This document shows, in pieces, positions 26,716 through 35,689 of a stretch of DNA of 64,000 nt. Where the stretch lies: IMG/VR virus record IMGVR_UViG_3300043425_000245. The stretch is one strand, 5' to 3'. Both the position numbers and the translations under genes were made by a program. The stretch is from a virus. Its lineage: Duplodnaviria > Heunggongvirae > Uroviricota > Caudoviricetes. How positions within the stretch are numbered: the first letter of the stretch is position 1; each line of letters opens with the position of its first letter. The notes beneath the pieces were generated by a model. The model had not been told where the DNA came from. It saw only the letters and a list, made by a program, of their open reading frames with translations, and did no database searches.

Positions 26716-28851
26716 ATGGAAATTAAGGCAACCGACCTTTCCGCTCGACTGCTTGCTACTGAGAACCTGACTGTTGTTCGTAGCAACGCACCGACTGCGT
26801 CTTTTGATATCAAATCACGTGTACTGACCCTTCCGATGTGGAAGGACATGACCCCTGAGATCGAGGATATGCTCGTGGGTCATGAAGTTGGTCACGCTCT
26901 CTATACCCTCGACAAATACATCAAACCTATTCAGGAACAACCCAAGCTGAAATCATACATGAACATTCTTGAAGATGTTCGTATTGAGAAGCTCATCAAA
27001 CGCAAGTATCCTGGTCTGCGCAAGCGCATGAACGAAGGTTACAAGCAACTCAACGACAAGGACTTCTTTGGTGTTTCCAAAGTTGCTTCTCTGGACGCAC
27101 TCAACCTTATTGACCGCATCAACCTGTATTTCAAAGCAGGTTTCCAGTGTGGTGTTAAGTTTGACCAAGACGAAAAGCCTTTCGTCAACCGTGCCGAACG
27201 CACTGAATCTATTGACGAAGTTATCGAACTTGCTAAAGACATCTACAAGTTTGCTAAAGAGCAAGCCGAAAAGAAAAAGCAAGAACGTGCAGCTGCTGGC
27301 GAAGATGAAGGTGATGATGGTGACGGTGAACCTGATTATATCGACGACCTCGATATTGACGGCGACGACTGGCATGCAGAAGAAGATGACGGTGAACCCG
27401 AAGAAGGTGAAAAGTCTGCCAAGGGTAAAGGTGCTGGTCAAAATCAAACTGAAGAAGATCTTGAGTCTGTGACCGACCGTGCGTTCGCTGAACGTCTTGA
27501 AGAGTTGGCTGATCAATCTACTGAGTATCGCTATCATAAAGTTGAACCGCTTGGCTTTGATCCAATCATTGGTTACAAACAAGTTTTGAAAGACTTGGAC
27601 TTTGACTTCACCAACGTTTCCGTTGGTTCATATTATCACAACCGTGTTTATGGTTCTAAGTCTGAAGAACAATTCGCTCAAAAGCAAACTGCTGCTGTAA
27701 ACAAGTTTAAGACTGACTCCGTGAGTTCGGTTAACTACTTGGTCAAAGAATTTGAAATGAAGAAGTCTGCTCAGCTGTATAAGCGTGCTCAGGTTTCTAA
27801 GATTGGTTCTTTGGATATGCGTAAGGTTTTTGCCTACCAACTGCAAGACGACTTGTTCAAGCGTGTGACTACTATCCCACAGGGTAAAAACCACGGCATG
27901 ATTATGATGATCGACTGGTCTGGTTCCATGGCTAACGTCATTGACGATACAATCAAACAGGTTATCAACCTTGCTATGTTCTGTAACAAGGCTCAGATTC
28001 CATACCGTGTGTTTGCTTTCACTAGCCAGTACGTTGACCGTGACAGCGATGTGTATCATAAACGATACAAGAGGTCTTCGCAACTTCGCGATCGTATCAT
28101 TAAGGACTCGAATGATTCCGTGCTCGATCCTGGTCACTTCAGCCTGTTGGAATTGTTCTCTAACCGTATGTCTACTTCTGAGTTCAATGGTATGATCAAG
28201 AAGTTGCTTGACCCACGTGTTTTCTGGCACAAGGGTTACGACCTTGGTGGTACTCCGTTGAACGAAGCCTTGTTGTGGGTTTACAGCAACATCGGCGAGT
28301 ACATGAAGAACAATCGTATCGAAAAGATGAACTTCATTACTTTGTCTGATGGTTGTGGTGGCTCGTTGCAAGCGTCTGGTGGTATCAGCCGTTATAGCTA
28401 TGGCAACAAGGTTAAGCACCTTGTGCGCGACCCTGTGACAAAGAAGACTTATCCGTTCGGTTACGATGCTGGTCAACAAACTGAAACCTTGTTGAAGATG
28501 ATCAAAGACCGTTACGACATCCGCACGATTGGTTTCTACATCTGTTCAAACCGTCGTAGTAGTTTGAATGCTGCCATCAAAGATAACCTGTTTGGATTTA
28601 ATGGTAATGTAGAGAACGTTATTGACGAGATGCGTAAAGAGTTCAAACGTCAAGGTTTTTACTCTATGCAAGGTACTGGTCGCGACGACTTGTTCATTGT
28701 CCCAGCTGAGTCGACTAAAATCGACGAAAGCGAACTGATTGTTGAATCGGATATGTCGGCTCGTCGTTTGGCTACAAATCTTGGAAAATTCCTGAATACC
28801 AAGAAAACTAGCCGAATCTTGCTGAGCCGATTCATCGGGTACGTTGCCTAA
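26716..28851 (+). CDS. CobT-like protein (vWA domain with acidic D/E-rich linker)
   Basis: Acidic stretch EDEGDDGDGEPDYIDDLDIDGDDWHAEEDDGEPEEGE plus C-terminal vWA-like MIDWSGSM (DxSxS MIDAS). Paired with a CobS-like AAA+ gene. Confidence 0.6.
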   Translation: MEIKATDLSARLLATENLTVVRSNAPTASFDIKSRVLTLPMWKDMTPEIEDMLVGHEVGHALYTLDKYIKPIQEQPKLKSYMNILEDVRIEKLIKRKYPGLRKRMNEGYKQLNDKDFFGVSKVASLDALNLIDRINLYFKAGFQCGVKFDQDEKPFVNRAERTESIDEVIELAKDIYKFAKEQAEKKKQERAAAGEDEGDDGDGEPDYIDDLDIDGDDWHAEEDDGEPEEGEKSAKGKGAGQNQTEEDLESVTDRAFAERLEELADQSTEYRYHKVEPLGFDPIIGYKQVLKDLDFDFTNVSVGSYYHNRVYGSKSEEQFAQKQTAAVNKFKTDSVSSVNYLVKEFEMKKSAQLYKRAQVSKIGSLDMRKVFAYQLQDDLFKRVTTIPQGKNHGMIMMIDWSGSMANVIDDTIKQVINLAMFCNKAQIPYRVFAFTSQYVDRDSDVYHKRYKRSSQLRDRIIKDSNDSVLDPGHFSLLELFSNRMSTSEFNGMIKKLLDPRVFWHKGYDLGGTPLNEALLWVYSNIGEYMKNNRIEKMNFITLSDGCGGSLQASGGISRYSYGNKVKHLVRDPVTKKTYPFGYDAGQQTETLLKMIKDRYDIRTIGFYICSNRRSSLNAAIKDNLFGFNGNVENVIDEMRKEFKRQGFYSMQGTGRDDLFIVPAESTKIDESELIVESDMSARRLATNLGKFLNTKKTSRILLSRFIGYVA

Positions 28852-28890
28852 GCCTGTAGGAGTAAGGCTCTTGAGGTCTCAAAAAAGAGC

Positions 28891-28919
28891 TTTACTTTTA
28901 TTCCAAAAACAGGTATAAT
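28891..28919 (+). promoter_or_regulatory. Early sigma70-like promoter (TTTACT-N17-TATAAT)
   Basis: Same family. Preceded by an imperfect hairpin at 28867-28890. Confidence 0.55.
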
Positions 28920-28940
28920 ACTTGTATAGTCTGATAAATT

Positions 28941-30095
28941 ATGGAGAATTTGATGAGTAAAGACACCCTGTTTCAAAGCGAGTTCGAGGCTAAGATGAAT
29001 GAAATGTACCCTGACGCACTGTCCAGCGGTACTGTAAAGAATCAAGAATTGCTGTCAGTTATGAAAGCACTTGGTACGACTAAGCAACCAAAGTGGTTGA
29101 TGGTCAATAAAGTAGGTCGTGGCTTGTATGCTGTCTCTGGTAGCAAGTCCAATGTTGTTATGAAGGAAGAACCCGTGAGTTCATTTGAAGTTGACTATAC
29201 GAACACTGAGTCGTTGATCCCCAAGAAAGACCCTAATTTTGTTCCATTCGGTAACTTTACCGATCTTGAGAACATCATCAAGTCTCAAATCTTTTACCCT
29301 GCTTACATTTCTGGTCCAACTGGTAATGGTAAGTCCACGATGGTGGAACAGATTTGTGCCAAGCACAAACGTCCCCTGATTCGTGTCAACCTTAACATGA
29401 TGGTTGACGAAGAACAACTGATTGGTTCCAAGACCTTGCAAGAAGGCAACGTTGAGATCGTTGAAGGACCAGTTCTTATCGCTATGCGCTCTGGCACTAC
29501 TCTGTTGCTGGACGAAATTGACGCAGGTGCTGCTAACACCCTGCTTTGCTTGCAACCTATTCTCGAGGGCAAGCCATACTACTTCAAGCTGAAGAATGAG
29601 ATGATCGTTCCAGCCAAGGGTTTTAACATTATCGCCACTGCCAACACCAAAGGTAAAGGTTCAGACGATGGTCGCTATATTGGTACCAACATTCTGAACG
29701 AAGCCTTCTTGGAGCGTTTCGCTGTTACGTTCAACCAAGAATATCCTTCAGCTAAGATTGAAGGTAAGATTGTTGAAAACCTGATGACCTCGTACGAATG
29801 TCTGGATAAAACCTTCGCCGAAAACTTGGTGAAGTGGGCTGATGCTATCCGCAAGACTTTCGATGACGGTGGTGTTGATGAAACAATTACGACTCGTCGT
29901 ATGACCCACATCGTTCGTGCCTTTGCGATCTTCAAGAAACAAGATAAGGCTATCGAACTTTGTTGCAATCGCTTCGATGCTGCAACGAAAGCTGCATTCA
30001 TCGACTTGTATGACAAGATTGCAAACCCTGAGCCTGAAGTGGTCATGGCACCACCGATCGCTGCAAACCCAGAATCGGAAGAAATTCCGTTCTAA
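28941..30095 (+). CDS. CobS-like AAA+ ATPase (MoxR family)
   Basis: Walker A YISGPTGNGKST, Walker B LLLDEIDA, MoxR-like context with CobT. Alternative start ATG 28953. Confidence 0.7.
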   Translation: MENLMSKDTLFQSEFEAKMNEMYPDALSSGTVKNQELLSVMKALGTTKQPKWLMVNKVGRGLYAVSGSKSNVVMKEEPVSSFEVDYTNTESLIPKKDPNFVPFGNFTDLENIIKSQIFYPAYISGPTGNGKSTMVEQICAKHKRPLIRVNLNMMVDEEQLIGSKTLQEGNVEIVEGPVLIAMRSGTTLLLDEIDAGAANTLLCLQPILEGKPYYFKLKNEMIVPAKGFNIIATANTKGKGSDDGRYIGTNILNEAFLERFAVTFNQEYPSAKIEGKIVENLMTSYECLDKTFAENLVKWADAIRKTFDDGGVDETITTRRMTHIVRAFAIFKKQDKAIELCCNRFDAATKAAFIDLYDKIANPEPEVVMAPPIAANPESEEIPF

Positions 30096-30102
30096 AAATC
30101 GC

Positions 30103-30131
30103 TTGACTTTAATTCAAAGTTCAGGTATAAT
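30103..30131 (+). promoter_or_regulatory. Early sigma70-like promoter (AAATCGCTTGACT-N17-TATAAT)
   Basis: Same family. Followed at 30140-30160 by a GGGG-N7-CCCC-TTTCTT hairpin. Confidence 0.6.
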
Positions 30132-30182
30132 TAATGTATGGGGTGAAATTCCCCTTTCTTGAAAACTGATAAAGGATATATT

Positions 30183-30680
30183 ATGTTGAAGTTCTCTGCT
30201 CTTTCTCTCGCTCAAAAGAAGTGTGTTGTTGCTCTCATCGAGCATACCCCTGCTCTTAAAAAGACAGGTCAGATTACACTGAAGGAAGTTACATCCATCA
30301 CCCAAGACCTCGCTCAAATGCGCGAGCAGGGTGCTATGAAGATTGGCTATCCTAACTGGCTGTTCAAAGCCAATAAGATCGAGAAGGGTTTGTATCAACT
30401 CCCAGTTCCTACTACCGCAGAATTGTCTGCATACCAGCAAGAAATGGATGCTAAGTTGAACCCTGTTAAGAAAGCCAAGGCAAAGGTAGCCAAGCTGGCT
30501 CAAGCCAAGGTTGTTAAGACTAAGCCTGTGAAGGCTAAGAAAGTTGCTGCAAAGGCAACTGAGGACGAAAGTGATATCAGTGGTTCTCGTTTGAACCGTA
30601 TCATCGAGGAATCTGCGGAGTACGACCAAGACGTCGAAGACTTCAACGCTATCCTCCGCGAAAACGGCATCGAAGTCTAA
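30183..30680 (+). CDS. Hypothetical DNA-binding protein with Lys/Ala-rich (histone H1-like) segment
   Basis: KKAKAKVAKLAQAKVVKTKPVKAKKVAAKA repeat. ATG 30183 preceded by AAAGGAT. Confidence 0.5.
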   Translation: MLKFSALSLAQKKCVVALIEHTPALKKTGQITLKEVTSITQDLAQMREQGAMKIGYPNWLFKANKIEKGLYQLPVPTTAELSAYQQEMDAKLNPVKKAKAKVAKLAQAKVVKTKPVKAKKVAAKATEDESDISGSRLNRIIEESAEYDQDVEDFNAILRENGIEV

Positions 30681-30688
30681 TTCACACT

Positions 30689-30724
30689 CCGTGTAGGTAA
30701 CACCATCGCCTACACGGTTCTTTC
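30689..30724 (+). terminator. Intrinsic terminator
   Basis: CCGTGTAGG / CCTACACGG 9-bp stem with an 11-nt loop, followed by TTCTTTCGTC. Confidence 0.6.
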
Positions 30725-30753
30725 GTCATGATGGTATATTATGGAGGACATTT

Positions 30754-31014
30754 ATGTCTAAACACGCTAAACTTTTGAATCATCTCCAAAACGGTCACGA
30801 AGTGACTTCAAAACAAATCACTGGCACATTCGGTATTAAGAATGCTGGTCGCGCAGTTCACTATCTCCGTGAACAAGGTCATTGCGTTTACGCAAACAAA
30901 GTCACTCTATCTGATGGCACCGAGGGTACTAAGTACCGCATTGGTAAGCCATCTCGCCGTATGGTCGCTCTTGCAAATGCAGTTATGGGTTCAGCTGCGT
31001 TTACTCGCCAATAA
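30754..31014 (+). CDS. Small putative (winged) HTH DNA-binding protein
   Basis: LTSKQITGTFGIKNAGRAVHYLREQGHCVY helix-turn-helix-like segment. Confidence 0.35.
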   Translation: MSKHAKLLNHLQNGHEVTSKQITGTFGIKNAGRAVHYLREQGHCVYANKVTLSDGTEGTKYRIGKPSRRMVALANAVMGSAAFTRQ

Positions 31015-31322
31015 TGAGCGACAACCTTCCTACTGGACGTAAGTTCGATGGCGACAAACTTCGCTACGATCTTATTCCACCTCTAGCCCAAGAGGAAATG
31101 GTGAAGGTTCTGACGTTTGGTGCTCAGAAATATGCTCCCGATAATTGGCAGCTTGTTCCTGACTCCAAACGTCGTTACTTTGCTGCTATGCAAAGGCACG
31201 TGTGGGCATGGAAGATGGGTGAACAGGTTGACCCAGAATCTGGTATTCACCACTTGGCTCACGCAATGTGTTGCTTAATGTTCTTGTATGAACATGACGT
31301 GAAATATTCTAAAGAAATTTAA
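31014..31322 (+). CDS. dATP/dGTP pyrophosphohydrolase-like N-terminal domain protein (DUF5664-type)
   Basis: KFDGDKLRYDLIPP..A.EEMVKVLTFGAQKYAPDNW...AAMQRHVWAWKMGEQVDPESGIHHLAHAMCCLMFL matches the family pattern K.R.DL(I/L)P..A...VA.VL.FGA.KY...NW...AA.RH..AW..GE..D.ESG..HLAHA.C.L.FL. Confidence 0.5.
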   Translation: MSDNLPTGRKFDGDKLRYDLIPPLAQEEMVKVLTFGAQKYAPDNWQLVPDSKRRYFAAMQRHVWAWKMGEQVDPESGIHHLAHAMCCLMFLYEHDVKYSKEI

Positions 31323-31337
31323 TCAGGAAATTATATA

Positions 31338-32681
31338 ATGGAAATCGCAATCATCCCTACCGTTCTGGCAGTTTTGGCTATTGCCGCTGTTGTCATCTCT
31401 GCAATCTGGGTTGTTAACCTTCGCCGTGTTGTTAGCACCAATGAAGTACACATCATTCAGAGCGCAAGTAAAACCGTTTCTTATGGTAAAGACCAAGAAG
31501 CAGGTAACACTTACTATGAGTGGCCAGCTTGGATCCCTGTAATTGGTATCAACGTTATCAAACTGCCTGTGTCTGTGTTCAGCCTTCGCTTGAAGGATTA
31601 TGAGGCATATGACAACGGTCGCTTGCCTTTCGTACTTGACCTAGAAGCGTTCTTCCGTATTGAAAACTCTAACGTTGCTGCTCAACGTGTTGCTGGTTAT
31701 CAAGAACTGAATGCTCAGTTGCTTTCTATCCTTCAAGGTGCTGCTCGTACCATCCTTGCTTCTAAGACTATTGAAGAAATCATGCAAGGTCGTTCTGAGT
31801 TCGGTGATGCCTTTACCAAAGAAGTTAATGAACAACTGAAGGCGTGGGGTGTTACTACTGTTAAGAACATCGAACTGATGGACATTCGCGACAGCCGAGA
31901 AAGCCAAGTTATCCAGAACATCATGGATAAGAAGAAGTCTGAGATTGAGAAAGAATCTCGTATCGTTGTGGCTTCTAACATGAAGGCTGCTCAAAACGCT
32001 GAAATTGACGCAGCACGAGAAATCGAACTGAACAAACAAATGGCTGCTGAACAAGTTGGTATCCGTACAGCTGAAAAAGACAAAGCCGTTGGTATCGCTA
32101 ATGAAATGTCTCAGCAAGATATTAAGGCTCAGCAAAAGGTTACAACCGAAAAAGCTATGGAAGTTGCCCGTGTTCAAGAAGTTAAGATGGCTGAAATCGC
32201 CAAAGACGTGAACGTGGTTAAAGCTGAAGAACAAAAGCAAACTGACGTTATCTCTGCTGAAGGTCAGAAGCAAAAGACTGTGTTGGTTGCTGAAGGTCAA
32301 CTTGAAGCTGAAAAGCGTAAAGCTGAGGCTGTGTTGGTGAACGGTCAGGCTAAAGCTGAAGCTGAGAAGCTGTTGCAACTTGCCCCTGTTGAGGCTCAGA
32401 TTGTTCTGGCTAAAGAAATTGGTGAAAACCAAAGCTATCAACAATACCTTATCACTATCCGTCAGGTTGAAGCTAATCAAGCTATCGGTGTTGAACAAGC
32501 TCGTGCTTTGGATAAGGCTGACATCAAGGTTATCGCTAACAGCGGTACAGTAACTGGTGGTATCAGTTCTCTTGGTGAATTGTTCACCTCTCAAGGTGGT
32601 AGCAATGTAGGTGCTGCTCTTGAAGGGCTTGCTCAAAGCGAAGTCGGCAAGCAATTGCTGGATAAGTTTGTAAGCAAATAA
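31338..32681 (+). CDS. SPFH (band-7 / flotillin / prohibitin-like) membrane protein
   Basis: N-terminal TM helix IAIIPTVLAVLAIAAVVISAIWVV, SPFH-type core, and a long A/E/K-rich coiled coil (AEGQLEAEKRKAEAVLVNGQAKAEAEK). Confidence 0.65.
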   Translation: MEIAIIPTVLAVLAIAAVVISAIWVVNLRRVVSTNEVHIIQSASKTVSYGKDQEAGNTYYEWPAWIPVIGINVIKLPVSVFSLRLKDYEAYDNGRLPFVLDLEAFFRIENSNVAAQRVAGYQELNAQLLSILQGAARTILASKTIEEIMQGRSEFGDAFTKEVNEQLKAWGVTTVKNIELMDIRDSRESQVIQNIMDKKKSEIEKESRIVVASNMKAAQNAEIDAAREIELNKQMAAEQVGIRTAEKDKAVGIANEMSQQDIKAQQKVTTEKAMEVARVQEVKMAEIAKDVNVVKAEEQKQTDVISAEGQKQKTVLVAEGQLEAEKRKAEAVLVNGQAKAEAEKLLQLAPVEAQIVLAKEIGENQSYQQYLITIRQVEANQAIGVEQARALDKADIKVIANSGTVTGGISSLGELFTSQGGSNVGAALEGLAQSEVGKQLLDKFVSK

Positions 32682-32686
32682 ATTTG

Positions 32687-32713
32687 AATTGTAGCTGGAA
32701 ACCAGCTACAATT
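32687..32713 (+). terminator. Perfect 12-bp inverted repeat (AATTGTAGCTGG-AAA-CCAGCTACAATT), probable terminator
   Basis: Strong hairpin 6 nt after the stop. The U-tract is displaced about 10 nt downstream. Confidence 0.5.
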
Positions 32714-32742
32714 CTACCTATACCTTTTAATATGGAGAAATA

Positions 32743-33408
32743 ATGAAACTATCTAAAGACACCCTTGCACTTTTTAAAAACTATGCTGGTATTAATAGCA
32801 ACTTGCTTTTGAAAGCTGGTAGCAAACTTTCCACTATCTCTTCTCAGAAGAACGTTATGTCTGACGTAACTGTTACTGAGACTTTCCCAGTTGACTTCGG
32901 TATCTACGATCTTAACGAATTCCTTGGCGCGATGTCGATCTTTGAAGATCCTGAGTTGGAGTTTAGCGATAAGGTTTGTAAGATTACCCAAGGTAACATG
33001 AGCATCAAATACTTCGCAGCTGATGCGTCTGTTTTGACTGCTCCAACTAAGAGCATCACTTTCCCTGAAGCTGAAGTTAACTTCGAGTTGTCTAACCAGA
33101 TGTTGACTATGATTCAACGCACATCTTCAGTGTTGAAAGCCTCTGACGTTTCTATCGTTGGCGAGGCTGGTAAAATCACTATCGTTGTTGGTGATAAGAA
33201 GAATGCTACTGGTAACTCGTTCAGTGAACCAGTTGGTACTACTGATAAGACTTTCAAGGTAAACTTGAAGGTTGAAAACTTAAAGATGATCCCTGGCGAT
33301 TATTCTGTTAGTGTTTCAAGCAAGAAAATCTCTCGCTTTAAGTCTAGCACTAACAGTGACTTGGTTTATTATGTTGCTGTAGAAGCGGATTCCACCTTCG
33401 ACTTCTAA
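32743..33408 (+). CDS. Sliding clamp gp45
   Basis: MKLSKDTLALFKNYAGINSNLLLKAG matches T4 gp45 MKLSKDTTALLKNFATINSGIMLKSG. C-terminal YYVAVEADSTFDF matches YVVALEADSTHDF. Confidence 0.9.
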   Translation: MKLSKDTLALFKNYAGINSNLLLKAGSKLSTISSQKNVMSDVTVTETFPVDFGIYDLNEFLGAMSIFEDPELEFSDKVCKITQGNMSIKYFAADASVLTAPTKSITFPEAEVNFELSNQMLTMIQRTSSVLKASDVSIVGEAGKITIVVGDKKNATGNSFSEPVGTTDKTFKVNLKVENLKMIPGDYSVSVSSKKISRFKSSTNSDLVYYVAVEADSTFDF

Positions 33409-33420
33409 GTGTGACTGTTC

Positions 33421-33450
33421 GGGGAGAGAGAAATCTCTCCCCATTTTTAT
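33421..33450 (+). terminator. Intrinsic terminator after gp45
   Basis: GGGGAGAGA-GAAA-TCTCTCCCC followed by ATTTTTATTTT. Confidence 0.75.
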
Positions 33451-33467
33451 TTTATTATGGAGTTATT

Positions 33468-34421
33468 ATGATTGAACAACAAAAAGACCAATTCTTGTGG
33501 GTTGAAAAGTATCGCCCGCAAAACATCGACGACTGTATTCTTCCTGATGCATTGAAGAAAACTTTTAAAGATTACGTCGCTCAAGGTCAACTCCCACATA
33601 TGCTTTTGTGTGGCACAGCTGGTATTGGTAAGACTACTATTGCCAAAGCCTTGTGTAATGAGATTGGCGCTGAATATATTATCCTGAACGGTTCGGACAC
33701 TGGTGGTCACATCGACACACTGCGTACAACTATCAAAGGCTTTGCTACATCCGTTTCTTTGACTGACTCTAAGAAGGTTGTTATCTTAGACGAAGCTGAC
33801 TATCTACAAGCCAACTCTACGCAACCTGCTCTTCGTAACTACATGGAAGAGTTCTCGGCTAACTGTCGTTTCATCTTTACTTGTAACTATAAGAACAAGA
33901 TCATTGAGCCTCTGCATTCTCGTTGTGCGGTTGTAGAGTTTAAAATTGAAACCAAAGATAAGCAACAGATTGCTGCTCAGTTCTTCAAACGTGCTACTCA
34001 GATTCTTAAACAAGAAGGTGTGGAGTTTGACCCAAAGGTTGTAGCTGAACTTGTTACTAAGCACTTCCCAGACTGGCGTCGTGTGTTGAACGAACTTCAA
34101 CGTTACTCTGTTTCTGGTAAGATTGACTCAGGTATCTTGGTGAACATGTCTCATGATTCATTTAAGCAGCTTGTTGGCTTCATGAAGGATCGCGACTTTA
34201 CAGAAGTTCGTAAATGGGTCGCTAAGAACGCAGACGCAGATACTACTGCTTTGTTCCGTGAGTTCTACGATAACGCAATGGAATACATTGAGCCTTCTAC
34301 TATTCCTAACTTGGTTCTTGTGCTTGCCGACTATCAATACAAGGCAGCTTTTGTAGCCGATCATGAGTTGAACATCATGGCTGCTATGACCGAACTGATG
34401 GTACAATGTAAATTCAAGTGA
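33468..34421 (+). CDS. Clamp loader large subunit gp44 (AAA+)
   Basis: Walker A CGTAGIGKTT, Walker B VVILDEADY, sensor region FIFTCN. GGAG RBS before ATG 33468. Confidence 0.85.
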   Translation: MIEQQKDQFLWVEKYRPQNIDDCILPDALKKTFKDYVAQGQLPHMLLCGTAGIGKTTIAKALCNEIGAEYIILNGSDTGGHIDTLRTTIKGFATSVSLTDSKKVVILDEADYLQANSTQPALRNYMEEFSANCRFIFTCNYKNKIIEPLHSRCAVVEFKIETKDKQQIAAQFFKRATQILKQEGVEFDPKVVAELVTKHFPDWRRVLNELQRYSVSGKIDSGILVNMSHDSFKQLVGFMKDRDFTEVRKWVAKNADADTTALFREFYDNAMEYIEPSTIPNLVLVLADYQYKAAFVADHELNIMAAMTELMVQCKFK

Positions 34422-34428
34422 GGGTAAC

Positions 34429-34746
34429 ATGGAATTTTTAATTCTAGCAGGTGCTCTTGTTGTTGGTTTCATTGCTGGTTGGAATGGGCGTGAGCGTCAC
34501 GCTATGAATACCATTCATAAACTTCTAGAAGAAGCAGAGGCAGTTGAAGAATCTGCTGACAAACCCGAGCGCATGCGCTTAGAACGTCATGGTGAGGTTA
34601 TCTATGCGTTCACGGATGAGACTGATACATTCATTGCTCAAGGTTCAACTCTTGAGGAGTTGGATGATGCTATTCAAAAGAGATTCCCAGGGAAGAAATT
34701 CCTAATCAGGGAATCCAACCTTGAAGAAATTGAGTTGAAAACATGA
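34429..34746 (+). CDS. Hypothetical small membrane-anchored protein
   Basis: N-terminal TM helix FLILAGALVVGFIAGW. Inserted between gp44 and gp62. Confidence 0.4.
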   Translation: MEFLILAGALVVGFIAGWNGRERHAMNTIHKLLEEAEAVEESADKPERMRLERHGEVIYAFTDETDTFIAQGSTLEELDDAIQKRFPGKKFLIRESNLEEIELKT

Positions 34747-35123
34747 ACATCTTTGATATTATCAACGCAATTAATTCCACCAAAGAAGACTTATTTAAAA
34801 ACGACCCTCAAGCGATCAAGGAATATAAACCTTTCATGATCAATCGAGGTCTATCTTATTTCCACGACACAGTTGTTCAGGCTAACACTATGAACCAACA
34901 CCATTCTATTCCAAACGAATGGCAATTTGCGTTTTTACTAAATAGTGTAACCAAGAAGAAAAGGTTCTCTAAGTGGCACAAAGCAGAAGCTGCCACAGAA
35001 TCTTTGAAGTTGGTTCAGGAATATTACGGGTATTCCAGTGAAAAAGCCAAGGATGCTTTGAGCGTCCTTTCCGATGAACAATTGAATGAAATAAAACAAA
35101 AATTAAATAAAGGTGGAAAATAA
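34743..35123 (+). CDS. Clamp loader small subunit gp62
   Basis: Position between gp44 and regA. YKPFMINRGLS resembles T4 gp62 YSKFMVENALS. Confidence 0.55.
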   Translation: MNIFDIINAINSTKEDLFKNDPQAIKEYKPFMINRGLSYFHDTVVQANTMNQHHSIPNEWQFAFLLNSVTKKKRFSKWHKAEAATESLKLVQEYYGYSSEKAKDALSVLSDEQLNEIKQKLNKGGK

Positions 35124-35551
35124 TGTCAGAAATGATTTACTATGACTGGACACCCGATTCTATGCTAGAGGTAACTCTTGCTGAACCAGATAACTTCTTG
35201 AAGGTTCGTGAGACTCTTACACGTATCGGTATTGCGTCTAAGAAAGATAACACACTATACCAATCTTGCCATATCTTACATAAGCAAGGTCGTTATTTTA
35301 TTGTACACTTCAAAGAACTCTTTGCCTTAGATGGTAAAGATTCTAATATCACTTCAGGTGATATTGAGCGTAGAAATGCTATCGCTGGTTTGCTTCAAGA
35401 CTGGGATCTAATTAAGATCGTACAGGCTAGTAAAGCAGAACAGAAAGCATCTCTATCTCAAATCAAAGTTGTCGCTTTTAAAGAAAAGAGCGAATGGAAT
35501 TTGGTAGCCAAATACAACATTGGTAAGAAAGTTCGCCCACAAAGCGAATAA
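35123..35551 (+). CDS. regA: Translational repressor RegA
   Basis: FLKVRETLTRIGIASKKDNTLYQSCHILHKQGRYFIVHFKELFALDGK matches T4 RegA FLKVKETLTRMGIANNKDKVLYQSCHILQKKGLYYIVHFKEMLRMDGR. Confidence 0.9.
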   Translation: MSEMIYYDWTPDSMLEVTLAEPDNFLKVRETLTRIGIASKKDNTLYQSCHILHKQGRYFIVHFKELFALDGKDSNITSGDIERRNAIAGLLQDWDLIKIVQASKAEQKASLSQIKVVAFKEKSEWNLVAKYNIGKKVRPQSE

Positions 35552-35643
35552 ATAGTTTTGTCCCACTACCTTGGGAACCGTTTGACGTTCACGGTATAAG
35601 GCGTCGCCCAGCAGCCTTGGCTCTGGTTAAACAAACCAAGGAT

Positions 35644-35670
35644 GACTATGCCTTCGGGGTAGTCGTTTAA
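35644..35670 (+). terminator. Hairpin with UUCG tetraloop (GACTATgCC-TTCG-GGGTAGTC) then a GTTTAATT run; candidate terminator or 5'-UTR structure
   Basis: Located in the 144-nt regA-hsp20 intergenic region. A second hairpin, CCTTGG-N15-CCAAGG, lies at 35615-35641. Confidence 0.35.
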
Positions 35671-35674
35671 TTAA

Positions 35675-35689
35675 CTCGCTTAATAGGAG
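35675..35689 (+). promoter_or_regulatory. ROSE-like SD-sequestering stem (CUCgCU-UAAU-AGGAG, bulged G) in the hsp20 5' UTR
   Basis: The AGGAG SD (35685-35689) can pair with CUCGCU (35675-35680), leaving G35678 bulged. This is the architecture of ROSE RNA thermometers that control ibpA-type small heat-shock genes. Confidence 0.3.

Noticed and set aside
35582-35600. TTGACG...TATAAG as a sigma70 promoter, or a sigma32-type heat-shock promoter, for hsp20
   Set aside because: The TTGACG to TATAAG spacing is only about 7 nt. The alternative TTGGGA-N18-TATAAG is weak, and no convincing CCCCATNT -10 was found. The promoter for hsp20 remains unassigned.
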